Virus record (IMG/VR): IMGVR_UViG_3300042564_001643
Span: 1-55,449 of that record
Source: a virus
Lineage: Duplodnaviria > Caudoviricetes
DNA: 55,449 nt
Strand: one strand, 5' to 3'
Position 1 is the first letter of the stretch. The number at the start of each line of letters is the position of its first letter. A program made the position numbers and the translations under genes. Below the pieces are notes generated by a model, which was not told the DNA's origin, did no database searches, and worked only from the letters and a program-made list of their open reading frames with translations. Shown one piece after another: positions 30,497 to 38,592 of this stretch.

Positions 30497-31167
30497 TATC
30501 TAAGTATGTTTTGGCTGTCATCAGCACCGTTAGTAGGAACTTGCATTGCAAGAGTTAACTCTTTTACTACAAACTGCTCAATTTCTGAATATAAATATTC
30601 TGGAAAAGGTAATCTTTGATCCTGTCTAATTCTACAATTATCATCTGTCTCACAGTGATAGGTAGATATATCAGCATCATACAATGCTTCCACTTTAATG
30701 GCATCCCATTGGTTATTAGGTAAATATAAATACCCGTCTAAATACCAAAAGTATTTTTGCTTGTTATATTTAAAGTTAACTGTTTTTGTAATAGATACAT
30801 AAGTACCTGGTTCAGTACGGTATAGTTCCATAGATCCATCTATAGAAGATACAGAACGGATAAGTGGTCCAAAGGAACCATCTAATATTTTAGGTAGTCT
30901 ATCTTTTGTTCTCTTAATAGTACATCCTGAATAGATACCTGCACAACCTGCTTGAACTTTATCTACATCTATTAATTCTACATATGGTAGATCAGTCCAG
31001 ATAGAACTCATCTTCATAAGCTTATACTGGTTATCTTCTCTTCTTAAAAGAGTCTCACCATACTTAATAATAGAATAGTAAATATTTCTATCAGTTAAGA
31101 AAGCATCTTCCTTAACAGCTTTAAGTACTGTTCTTACTCTAGTTATTGTTTCTCCAATTGTTGTCAT
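30496..31167 (-). CDS. Tail ring/adaptor protein
   Basis: 223 aa with a helical N-terminus and YFWYLDGYLYL and LPFPEYL motifs. Translationally coupled with both neighbours. Synteny supports the call. Confidence 0.6.
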   Translation of the reverse strand: MTTIGETITRVRTVLKAVKEDAFLTDRNIYYSIIKYGETLLRREDNQYKLMKMSSIWTDLPYVELIDVDKVQAGCAGIYSGCTIKRTKDRLPKILDGSFGPLIRSVSSIDGSMELYRTEPGTYVSITKTVNFKYNKQKYFWYLDGYLYLPNNQWDAIKVEALYDADISTYHCETDDNCRIRQDQRLPFPEYLYSEIEQFVVKELTLAMQVPTNGADDSQNILR

Positions 31168-31748
31168 AGATCAAACTCATTATAGTTTTCTAGCTTGGTA
31201 TCTAGCTTTTTCTTTTTCACATCTCTGATAGTAATTGCAGTGTATACCTTCCATAGTTTCCTATTTGAGTCTACTTGAATATACATATTCCAGTTTTCTG
31301 GATATGATTTTGCAACTGCTCTCTTAAAGTTTCTGCAGGCACTAAAGCTCCAACATTCTCTGAAGGCATACTTATACTTACTTGCAAAACTTGTATAAAA
31401 TATCTTAGCCAACTTACCATCAGTTTCCCAATTAGTATTGCTAACTGTAACTCCATACTTGTTAGACTTAGCATAATCAACATTAGCACTCTTTGCTCTT
31501 TGACATGTCCCAACAAATATAGCACCTAACCCTTCAGGGAACTGTACACCATCTCTGTTCTCTATGACAGTTTCCCAAAAAGCCTCATTAAAACTCTTAA
31601 TGATTGCACTAATTTGGACATTAGTTAGATCTTTATGCTTTGGAAATTTTCTTCTGAAACTGTTATAAAATTTCCTGCTTCCGATACTGTGTGCTTTCTG
31701 TCTGAATCTTGGTGCATTTAAGTCAGGCTTTCTAAACTCTTTACTCAT
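31164..31748 (-). CDS. IHF/HU-like DNA-binding protein (crAss tail-module type)
   Basis: Basic protein. Two helices followed by GVQFPEGLGAIFV match the HU/IHF beta-arm signature. crAss-like phages carry an IHF homologue at this position. Confidence 0.65.
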   Translation of the reverse strand: MSKEFRKPDLNAPRFRQKAHSIGSRKFYNSFRRKFPKHKDLTNVQISAIIKSFNEAFWETVIENRDGVQFPEGLGAIFVGTCQRAKSANVDYAKSNKYGVTVSNTNWETDGKLAKIFYTSFASKYKYAFRECWSFSACRNFKRAVAKSYPENWNMYIQVDSNRKLWKVYTAITIRDVKKKKLDTKLENYNEFDL

Positions 31749-31750
31749 CT

Positions 31751-31795
31751 TATACTATTTAATATACAAAAAATTATCCACTCTAGCAAATATAC
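31751..31795 (-). promoter_or_regulatory. Putative promoter (TTTG-N20-TATATTAA)
   Basis: Lies after a terminator and before the IHF-like gene. Also contains an exact TATATTTG (TAnnTTTG). Confidence 0.55.
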
Positions 31796-31797
31796 TA

Positions 31798-31834
31798 AAA
31801 ATAGAAAACCCCAGGTACTCTTACCCGGGGTCTT
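31798..31834 (-). terminator. Rho-independent terminator
   Basis: Minus strand reads ACCCCGGGTA-AGAG-TACCTGGGGT followed by TTTCTATTTT. Confidence 0.8.
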
Positions 31835-31844
31835 CCTGTTGTTA

Positions 31845-31869
31845 GCCACAGAAACCAACAAACTGCGAC
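31845..31869 (-). other. RNA hairpin GUCGCAG-UUUGUUGGUUU-CUGUGGC (candidate regulatory RNA element)
   Basis: A 7-bp stem with two G-U pairs that forms only on the minus strand. It lies just upstream of the terminator, and its loop is complementary to the AAACCAACAA leaders. Confidence 0.45.
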
Positions 31870-31874
31870 ATGTC

Positions 31875-32765
31875 TTAAACCTCTTCTACCATAATTTGGG
31901 CTTTTAGTAATCTACCAACAGAACCTGCTTTACTTTTAAACTTAAGTGAAACAGTCTCATTTGGTGCCAATGTAACTACTTGGTAAAAAGAAACATTTGT
32001 AGGAATACGCGTATTATAAAATCTAAACTCAACTGGGTTCACACTTGGTGTAGTAACTACTGTTTCTGTTGTAAGAAAAGTAACTTGCTCTCCAGTAGTA
32101 GGTCCATCAAATAAAGAACCTGCTATATCCTGAGCACCTAAAGTTTCCCATAAAATTGTATCAATAGAACTTACTGTTTTAATAATAGCACCATCAACCC
32201 AATTTGAAAAATCAGCTGTATTAGTCAAAGCTACTGGCACATTTGTATTATACGATACAAATACTTTAAATGTCTTACTAGTTGATGCTGTGTTTGTATA
32301 AGTCAGTGTATTATATCCAGTTGGAAAAAAGTAATTATTAGGACCAGGACTTGGAGCTCCTACTACGATATCAATATCACTTTCAACTTGTTGATTAAAA
32401 AATACTTTAGCTGCTACAGGTGTCAAAGATATTGTGTATGTAGTAGTATCACCAACTGTTGTTGATGTTACATCAATACCTGTACCCTCATTTATTATAG
32501 TAGTAGATCCTGTATTTTCACAGAAGTAACCAATTATATCTTCTAAAGCAAGATTAAGTGGAGTGTTAGTTAATACAACATCATCTAATCCACACTGTAA
32601 ATTAGGTCCTGTATAAACCACACACGCTGCATCAAATACTTCAGAGCATGATTGTTTAGTGGGACAATCAACCGGTGTTGGACATGCAGGAGGAGTAGTT
32701 AGATAACTACCGTTACATCCACATGTTAATTTGTTGCATCCGCAACTTGTACAATTTGTTGCCAT
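31875..32765 (-). CDS. Putative tail fibre/spike subunit, Cys-rich N-terminus (paralogue of 32775-34430)
   Basis: CVVYTGPNLQC motif and a Thr/Val-rich beta C-terminal domain clearly similar to the neighbouring gene. Confidence 0.5.
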   Translation of the reverse strand: MATNCTSCGCNKLTCGCNGSYLTTPPACPTPVDCPTKQSCSEVFDAACVVYTGPNLQCGLDDVVLTNTPLNLALEDIIGYFCENTGSTTIINEGTGIDVTSTTVGDTTTYTISLTPVAAKVFFNQQVESDIDIVVGAPSPGPNNYFFPTGYNTLTYTNTASTSKTFKVFVSYNTNVPVALTNTADFSNWVDGAIIKTVSSIDTILWETLGAQDIAGSLFDGPTTGEQVTFLTTETVVTTPSVNPVEFRFYNTRIPTNVSFYQVVTLAPNETVSLKFKSKAGSVGRLLKAQIMVEEV

Positions 32766-32774
32766 AATCTTTTA

Positions 32775-34430
32775 TTAAATTTCTTGTACGTAAATCTGAG
32801 CTTGAACAACATAAGCTTCATAACCTGCTATTAAAGTTTTAAACTTTAGACTTACTGATTCATTGTTATTTAATGTCAAACGTTTGAAGCATGAGACATT
32901 TTTTGCTGCACTAAATATTTTAAATCTAGCCTCAACATCTAATACTCCAGGTACTGTTTGTACTTTTTCAGTTGTAGTAATATCAACTATATCAGTAATA
33001 GTAGGTCCGTCAAATAAAGATACACCATGTTGTGTGCTTGCTGCAGAACTTTCCCATTCTATTGTATCAATACCTAATGCAGTTGTTATAATTCCACCAG
33101 CAATCAAATTAGAAATACTTACTGGAGTTGCCATTATAGTTGGGATTTCAGTATCAAAACTCACATTAACAATATAGTCTTTAGTTACTCCTGTTGTATT
33201 TGTATAAGTTAAACTATTGTAACCTAAAGGAAAGTGGAAGACTGCTGTATTTGGAACAGGATCATCATCAACATTTATTGAACCAATAGCTTCATTATAT
33301 GATACTTCTTTTGGTCTTGAGACTGTATACGTTGTATCATTACCTACAGTTACTGGTGTAACTACTATATCATCTGCTCCTACTACAATTGCTTCTTTAC
33401 CTGCAATTGTATATGTAGTAACTCCGGCAACAGGTCCAGTCGGTGTTACAGTAATATTGTCTCCTGCAGTTACCACACTTGACAAAGCATCAATTGTGTA
33501 ATCTGTAACTTCATCACTACCTACTAAAGAAACTGCAGGTGTGACTGTTACATTGTTACCCGCTGTAACTGTTACTAAAGCTTTACCAGCATTTCTAAGG
33601 TCACATAAAGCAATCCATAAATTATTAACTGCATTAGCTAATGTTGTTGGACTTGCTACATAAGCAGGATATGCTACTTGCATTTGAGTTCCTGGAGATG
33701 TATACTGTACTGCTAATGCATCATCTGTTCCTAAAATACATTGTGCTAGTATAGAAGATGCAAGATCAGTAACAGACCCAAACGTTGCTTTGTATGGACA
33801 CCATTCTTCATTAATGAATCTACTAAGTACAACATCAATATCCTGTGTTGATCCTGCAGCTAATGTAGGAATGATAGTTCCAATCTCACACTGAAGAATA
33901 AATGAAGGAATAATAAATGAAGGTACTGGAGTTACTTCTAATGTAGCTACTCTTGTATTCAATGAAGATATACCAGAGTTAATAATATTTATTTCTACAA
34001 AGATGTTACAAATCTGTGTAGCTGCTTGTTGTACATAGTCTACTAATGTAACAGTGCCTCCACCAAAACATGGTGATGCTGTCATTAGATAACTTGATAC
34101 TTCTGGAGATCTTGTACTTACACTTGCAGAAGTTGTTGTAGCAACTGAAGCTGGTACATTTTCAACAGCACAAATTCTATCAATCAAGAATTGCAATAAC
34201 TCTTGATAGTTGTTTGGTCCACATGCTGCTAAATTAAAACATGTAAGGTCATAATTCTGTACATTCAGATAATCTAAAATTGTACAAAGTTCTGTTGCAA
34301 GCTTAAACGTAACATCAGAGATTGTATCACCTTTACAAAGATTAATACAAGGAATGTTAGGACCAGCCCATATCACACAGTTTGATGATACTGGACTACA
34401 TGGTGAGTTATCTAAATTTAAAGGCTTCAT
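32775..34430 (-). CDS. Putative tail fibre/spike protein with short beta repeats
   Basis: CVIWAGPNIPC motif, a short coiled coil (ISSLNTRVATLE), three AG(N/D)N(V/I)TVTP-like repeats and a C-terminal domain paralogous to 31875-32765. Confidence 0.55.
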   Translation of the reverse strand: MKPLNLDNSPCSPVSSNCVIWAGPNIPCINLCKGDTISDVTFKLATELCTILDYLNVQNYDLTCFNLAACGPNNYQELLQFLIDRICAVENVPASVATTTSASVSTRSPEVSSYLMTASPCFGGGTVTLVDYVQQAATQICNIFVEINIINSGISSLNTRVATLEVTPVPSFIIPSFILQCEIGTIIPTLAAGSTQDIDVVLSRFINEEWCPYKATFGSVTDLASSILAQCILGTDDALAVQYTSPGTQMQVAYPAYVASPTTLANAVNNLWIALCDLRNAGKALVTVTAGNNVTVTPAVSLVGSDEVTDYTIDALSSVVTAGDNITVTPTGPVAGVTTYTIAGKEAIVVGADDIVVTPVTVGNDTTYTVSRPKEVSYNEAIGSINVDDDPVPNTAVFHFPLGYNSLTYTNTTGVTKDYIVNVSFDTEIPTIMATPVSISNLIAGGIITTALGIDTIEWESSAASTQHGVSLFDGPTITDIVDITTTEKVQTVPGVLDVEARFKIFSAAKNVSCFKRLTLNNNESVSLKFKTLIAGYEAYVVQAQIYVQEI

Positions 34431-34440
34431 ACTTTACTTC

Positions 34441-34475
34441 TATATTTATAATATAATAATTTTTATTGACTTATC
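34441..34475 (-). promoter_or_regulatory. Putative promoter (AAGTCA...AAAA.TTATTATATT)
   Basis: Resembles the downstream part of the 21361-21412 element. Confidence 0.45.
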
Positions 34476-37400
34476 CTAACACAGGAAGTCTGTTTCAGTA
34501 AATGTAAAGTTTACAGGTCCATCACTTACTGCATAAAATGTACTTGAAGTTTGTCCAGCAATTCCACAAATAGGTGGTACTACAATAACTTTTGCACCAG
34601 GTACTACAAGTGATGCTTCAACACCGTCACAATCCAAATAAAATATAACAGTACTAAGTCGAGCAGACAGTTGACAATTATAACGCACACATGGAAGTGG
34701 AATTACACAACCAGCTTCTGAGCATGTTTCATAAATAGTGCCTGGTGTCCAATATACAGTTGTTATATCATTAGTGGCACTTACAACACTATAGCAAACA
34801 TTATTGATAACAATAACTTTTCCTAGTACATTGTATGTGTTAGGGATTGATACTACTTCAGTTATACTTGGATCATAACAACTTGCAAGTAAGTATCTTG
34901 TTGCACTAGGGCAAGTATTATAAACTACATTCAAACTAATAAACCCACAGTCACATCTAGTTGGACAACTGCAAGTACCAACTGAACATGTATAGTCAGG
35001 ATCTACAAGTATATCTAACATAAGCAATGCTTGTTTAACTTCCCATTTGACATCATCATCTGGACAACAGTTGGCAATACCATATCTTTGTGCTAATACA
35101 TTTTTGTATATAACATCAGAAAAAGCACACTGTACTGTTTCATAATACTCCGGATTACATGTACCTGTGTTGTAGCCTGGTCTTACACTTCTATAAACTA
35201 AAGGAGTTGATGGAGGACATACACCATCAACACATGTTCCGTATTCAGTTGCGGTAACACTATTTCCTAATTCCCAAAATAAGTAACAATCTTTTGTTGT
35301 TGTTTCACCACCAGAAAGAATAAGTCTATTACCTTCACCATAACTACCGTTAAGATCAACATAATCAACTATACTTATTGTGTTACCTGTATTTGTAAAT
35401 GTAACACATTTTGGTGTTAGGATACTTGTAAGACAATCAGAGCATCTGATACCAAAAGAATTTTCTACAATGACATCACCAAATACTTCTTGTGGTGTTG
35501 ATACATTTACTTGCCAACATGTATTAGGACAATACTTAAGTTCAACAATTTGATCTACATAGTCAGATAAATCTGTTGTAGTAAAAATAGGATCTGCTAC
35601 ACCAATACAATCTACTAATTCATAAAAAGTTGAATTACATATTTCACAATCAACAAATCCTGCAATTACACTGACTGGTTGTGATGTAGGTGGAATTATA
35701 TCTAATTCTGTTACTGTCCAACATCCACCACAATCTGTTTTAATAATTACTGTAGTGTAATCAGATAAATCAGTTGTAGTATATTGTGTAACTCCAGTAG
35801 TACATTCTGTAAGTAAATATCCTTTAGGATTTAAACAAGTCTCACATGTTGAAAATACAAATTGTACAGAAACTGTAATAGCACAAGAACAGTCATTTTC
35901 AGTCTCACGCACCGTCCAACATGTATCACTTCCTTGTATTTGTATTACTTGTTGAGTATCTACATACTGACCTACTTGTTGATTAAGTGTATAGATGTTA
36001 TCTTCAATACCTGCACAATCAATTAATTCATAACATAAATTACAATTATATGTATCTGTTACCGTGTCTAATGTACAATCACCAAATGTTTCTGAAGTCC
36101 AACACACACTTGGATTAGGACATGTATTAAGTACAGACTTCATACATACTTTATCAGTCCATGTAATACCATCAGTTGGAATATCTAATGTTTGAACTTG
36201 ATTATCACAGTCAATGTAAGTAATCTCATATGTACCTGGGGCAGGCGTACCTGTCCATAAAAATCTTCTACATACACAAGAAAGACATAAATAATCACAG
36301 ATACTTGTATATGGTTCAATACCGTTTCCACATCCTTGTTCTACTAAAGAAAAGTCACTAATCTGACCTTGTGGGAATGGTGGAACACCTACTCCTGTGT
36401 ATGAGTAACTAGTAGCTGTATAACATGATGGTGATACAAGATCTCCATATGGTAGAGAAGATGTATAAACATACACACCGTCTTCTTCTAAAGAGTCATC
36501 TACAAAATAAATGATTACAGGCTCTCCTCCACAACAAGGTTGTAAACTATAAACATTATAACAAGGTGTTGCTGGTATAGCTATAACTTTAGTACATTGC
36601 GGAATACCATTACATACATCTAATGTATACCCATCAGGACATGTCCAAACACCTGGATCAGTTGGATCTGGTATAGATTCTCCTATATAATCTTTTGTAG
36701 AAAAAATAACATAAGGATCAATATCAGCAGGAACATTACCACAATTAGGTGCTCCTGATGCCGGAGTTGTTAATGTAGATTGAAAAGTAGCTAAATCAAT
36801 GTCATAAATTTCTGCTCCAAAAGAAGCTTCACTTCCTAAGTTAAGACCTGAAAGTTTAATAATATGGTTACCTGCATTAAGTGTTATTGGAAAAACATGC
36901 CAAGAAGTAAATGGAGTTGTTACAGCTTGTGCACATATAGGGGTAACACCGTCAACATCTAAAAATACATGAAGCACACTGTCAACATATATTTTAACCT
37001 TATTGTCACCGGCAATACCAATTAAATACTGTTTAGTTGTGTCAATGTTGACACAAAACTCAAATGATAATTCAACATTGTCAGGATAGCCAGGACTCCA
37101 TATCCCAGTTGTCATTAATCTACCTCTATTTGAAATAGTAGTTCCCGTTTGACATGTTGGGATAGTATTATCGCAACCCCATAATTTACTTTTGACACTT
37201 GATAATAAAGGCGTAACCACAACTCCAGCACCGTTATCATCTGTTACAGAATAAGGTATTGTTATTACACATGCAGGGTTATCAGCATAACCATATCCAT
37301 AAAGAGGTAATGTTAAACCAGAAATATCAGGATAGAGTCTTAAACCAAACTTTGTATACGCAGTATTAGCATCCCCTTCAACTACTGGGACAAGTCCTCC

Positions 37401-37733
37401 TGTATAGTTAGCGGGAATTATTTCTGTTAAAATACATTCTCCATCAATAAGTATATATCCTGGAGGGCAATCACCACAAGGCAACTGTTCTACACAGCTA
37501 CTACACTTATCATTCCAAAAGCTATACACTATGGTTACCCAGTTAATGGATACCAAAGGTGTTGGAAGAACCTCTAATGTAACACGACTGACCTCAAAAC
37601 ATTTTCCATATTGAAGTATATCTGATCCTGAATCAAATCTTATATAAGGACCTGGATAAGAAGGTGCTTCATTAGAATAAAACAAACTTCCTGTAGAACC
37701 AGGACATGGAGTATATTTGTAGTAATATGCCAT
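34476..37733 (-). CDS. Cys-rich repetitive structural/adhesin-like protein (1085 aa)
   Basis: Repeated YxLxxC...C(W/Y)xV...CxxC units, two CPxGY motifs flanking a beta-sandwich-like domain, and a location inside the structural module. Confidence 0.55.
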   Translation of the reverse strand: MAYYYKYTPCPGSTGSLFYSNEAPSYPGPYIRFDSGSDILQYGKCFEVSRVTLEVLPTPLVSINWVTIVYSFWNDKCSSCVEQLPCGDCPPGYILIDGECILTEIIPANYTGGLVPVVEGDANTAYTKFGLRLYPDISGLTLPLYGYGYADNPACVITIPYSVTDDNGAGVVVTPLLSSVKSKLWGCDNTIPTCQTGTTISNRGRLMTTGIWSPGYPDNVELSFEFCVNIDTTKQYLIGIAGDNKVKIYVDSVLHVFLDVDGVTPICAQAVTTPFTSWHVFPITLNAGNHIIKLSGLNLGSEASFGAEIYDIDLATFQSTLTTPASGAPNCGNVPADIDPYVIFSTKDYIGESIPDPTDPGVWTCPDGYTLDVCNGIPQCTKVIAIPATPCYNVYSLQPCCGGEPVIIYFVDDSLEEDGVYVYTSSLPYGDLVSPSCYTATSYSYTGVGVPPFPQGQISDFSLVEQGCGNGIEPYTSICDYLCLSCVCRRFLWTGTPAPGTYEITYIDCDNQVQTLDIPTDGITWTDKVCMKSVLNTCPNPSVCWTSETFGDCTLDTVTDTYNCNLCYELIDCAGIEDNIYTLNQQVGQYVDTQQVIQIQGSDTCWTVRETENDCSCAITVSVQFVFSTCETCLNPKGYLLTECTTGVTQYTTTDLSDYTTVIIKTDCGGCWTVTELDIIPPTSQPVSVIAGFVDCEICNSTFYELVDCIGVADPIFTTTDLSDYVDQIVELKYCPNTCWQVNVSTPQEVFGDVIVENSFGIRCSDCLTSILTPKCVTFTNTGNTISIVDYVDLNGSYGEGNRLILSGGETTTKDCYLFWELGNSVTATEYGTCVDGVCPPSTPLVYRSVRPGYNTGTCNPEYYETVQCAFSDVIYKNVLAQRYGIANCCPDDDVKWEVKQALLMLDILVDPDYTCSVGTCSCPTRCDCGFISLNVVYNTCPSATRYLLASCYDPSITEVVSIPNTYNVLGKVIVINNVCYSVVSATNDITTVYWTPGTIYETCSEAGCVIPLPCVRYNCQLSARLSTVIFYLDCDGVEASLVVPGAKVIVVPPICGIAGQTSSTFYAVSDGPVNFTFTETDFLC

Positions 37734-37951
37734 TATTTTTTAACGTATCTATCACGTCCCCATACTTTGTTCTGAGGAGCAATAACAGGTGAATTTAATT
37801 TTGTTGGTGCAATTTGTGATGGTCTTGGTGTTCCCTTTATTCTTGCCTCATAAGCATTCAAACAAGTTGAACAACATCCTTTACCATCTGAAGCAGTTCT
37901 TTTTTGACATCCGCAAGAAAGACGTGCATTACAATTTGAACAAGTTGCCAT
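37733..37951 (-). CDS. Small Cys-rich (metal-binding-like) protein
   Basis: 72 aa with CxxC...CGC...CCxxC. Coupled to the next gene, with an AAAAACCAA leader upstream. Confidence 0.6.
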   Translation of the reverse strand: MATCSNCNARLSCGCQKRTASDGKGCCSTCLNAYEARIKGTPRPSQIAPTKLNSPVIAPQNKVWGRDRYVKK

Positions 37952-37972
37952 AAGTCCTTGGTTTTTATATGG

Positions 37973-38515
37973 TTAACAATTTTTACAATCAAACTTATTT
38001 AAAAGCTTCATAGCATAGTTATAAATGGTCATTGCATTTTGTGCTTCTAGACAATCCTCTGCTTTTGCTTTTGCTGCTTCCAAATAAATTCTTATTAATC
38101 TAAGAGTTTCTAATTTCTCTTTTATTTTTTGTGGAGGCTCACATGATGGAAGATCCAAAGAACACATAGCTTTTCTCCACTTAGTTAATGCAGTAGTGAT
38201 TCTTAAATGATTGTACTCAACATATACAACATCATTTGGAGATACACTATATTTAATTACATACAAACCATCAGGTAGTGGGGCATACTGCTGACCACAT
38301 AATGCAGTTTGTATTTGTAAATCACATGCTGTAAATACATTTGAAAAAAGCTGTGATACATTAAACTGTGTTGAATATCCATAACCAGGAACTGTGATAT
38401 TTAAAGTTTCACAAGTAACTGGTACTGACGGATTGTAAACACTTGTATCCATAATTGAAAGGATACATGTATTCATTACTGTTGGTACCTCTAGACTTAA
38501 TACATGATTTGCCAT
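37973..38515 (-). CDS. Putative structural protein (tail hub/fibre-attachment-like)
   Basis: 180 aa with an LPDGLYVIKYSV beta domain and a helical C-terminus ending DCKNC. Position in the structural block. Confidence 0.5.
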   Translation of the reverse strand: MANHVLSLEVPTVMNTCILSIMDTSVYNPSVPVTCETLNITVPGYGYSTQFNVSQLFSNVFTACDLQIQTALCGQQYAPLPDGLYVIKYSVSPNDVVYVEYNHLRITTALTKWRKAMCSLDLPSCEPPQKIKEKLETLRLIRIYLEAAKAKAEDCLEAQNAMTIYNYAMKLLNKFDCKNC

Positions 38516-38525
38516 AAGATATAAT

Positions 38526-38572
38526 ATAAAAGAAAAGGAGAGGAGAGATAAACTCCCACTCTCCCTTTTCTA
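38526..38572 (-). terminator. Rho-independent terminator
   Basis: Imperfect hairpin AGAAAAGGGAGAGTGGGAG / CTCTCCTCTCCTTTTCT followed by a T-tract, after the 542-aa gene. Confidence 0.7.
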
Positions 38573-38592
38573 GTTTAAAAAATTTGTATGAA

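Noticed and set aside
31875-37733. Diversity-generating retroelement targeting the fibre genes
   Set aside because: There is no reverse transcriptase in the window. The paralogous C-termini are diverged throughout rather than differing only at adenines.
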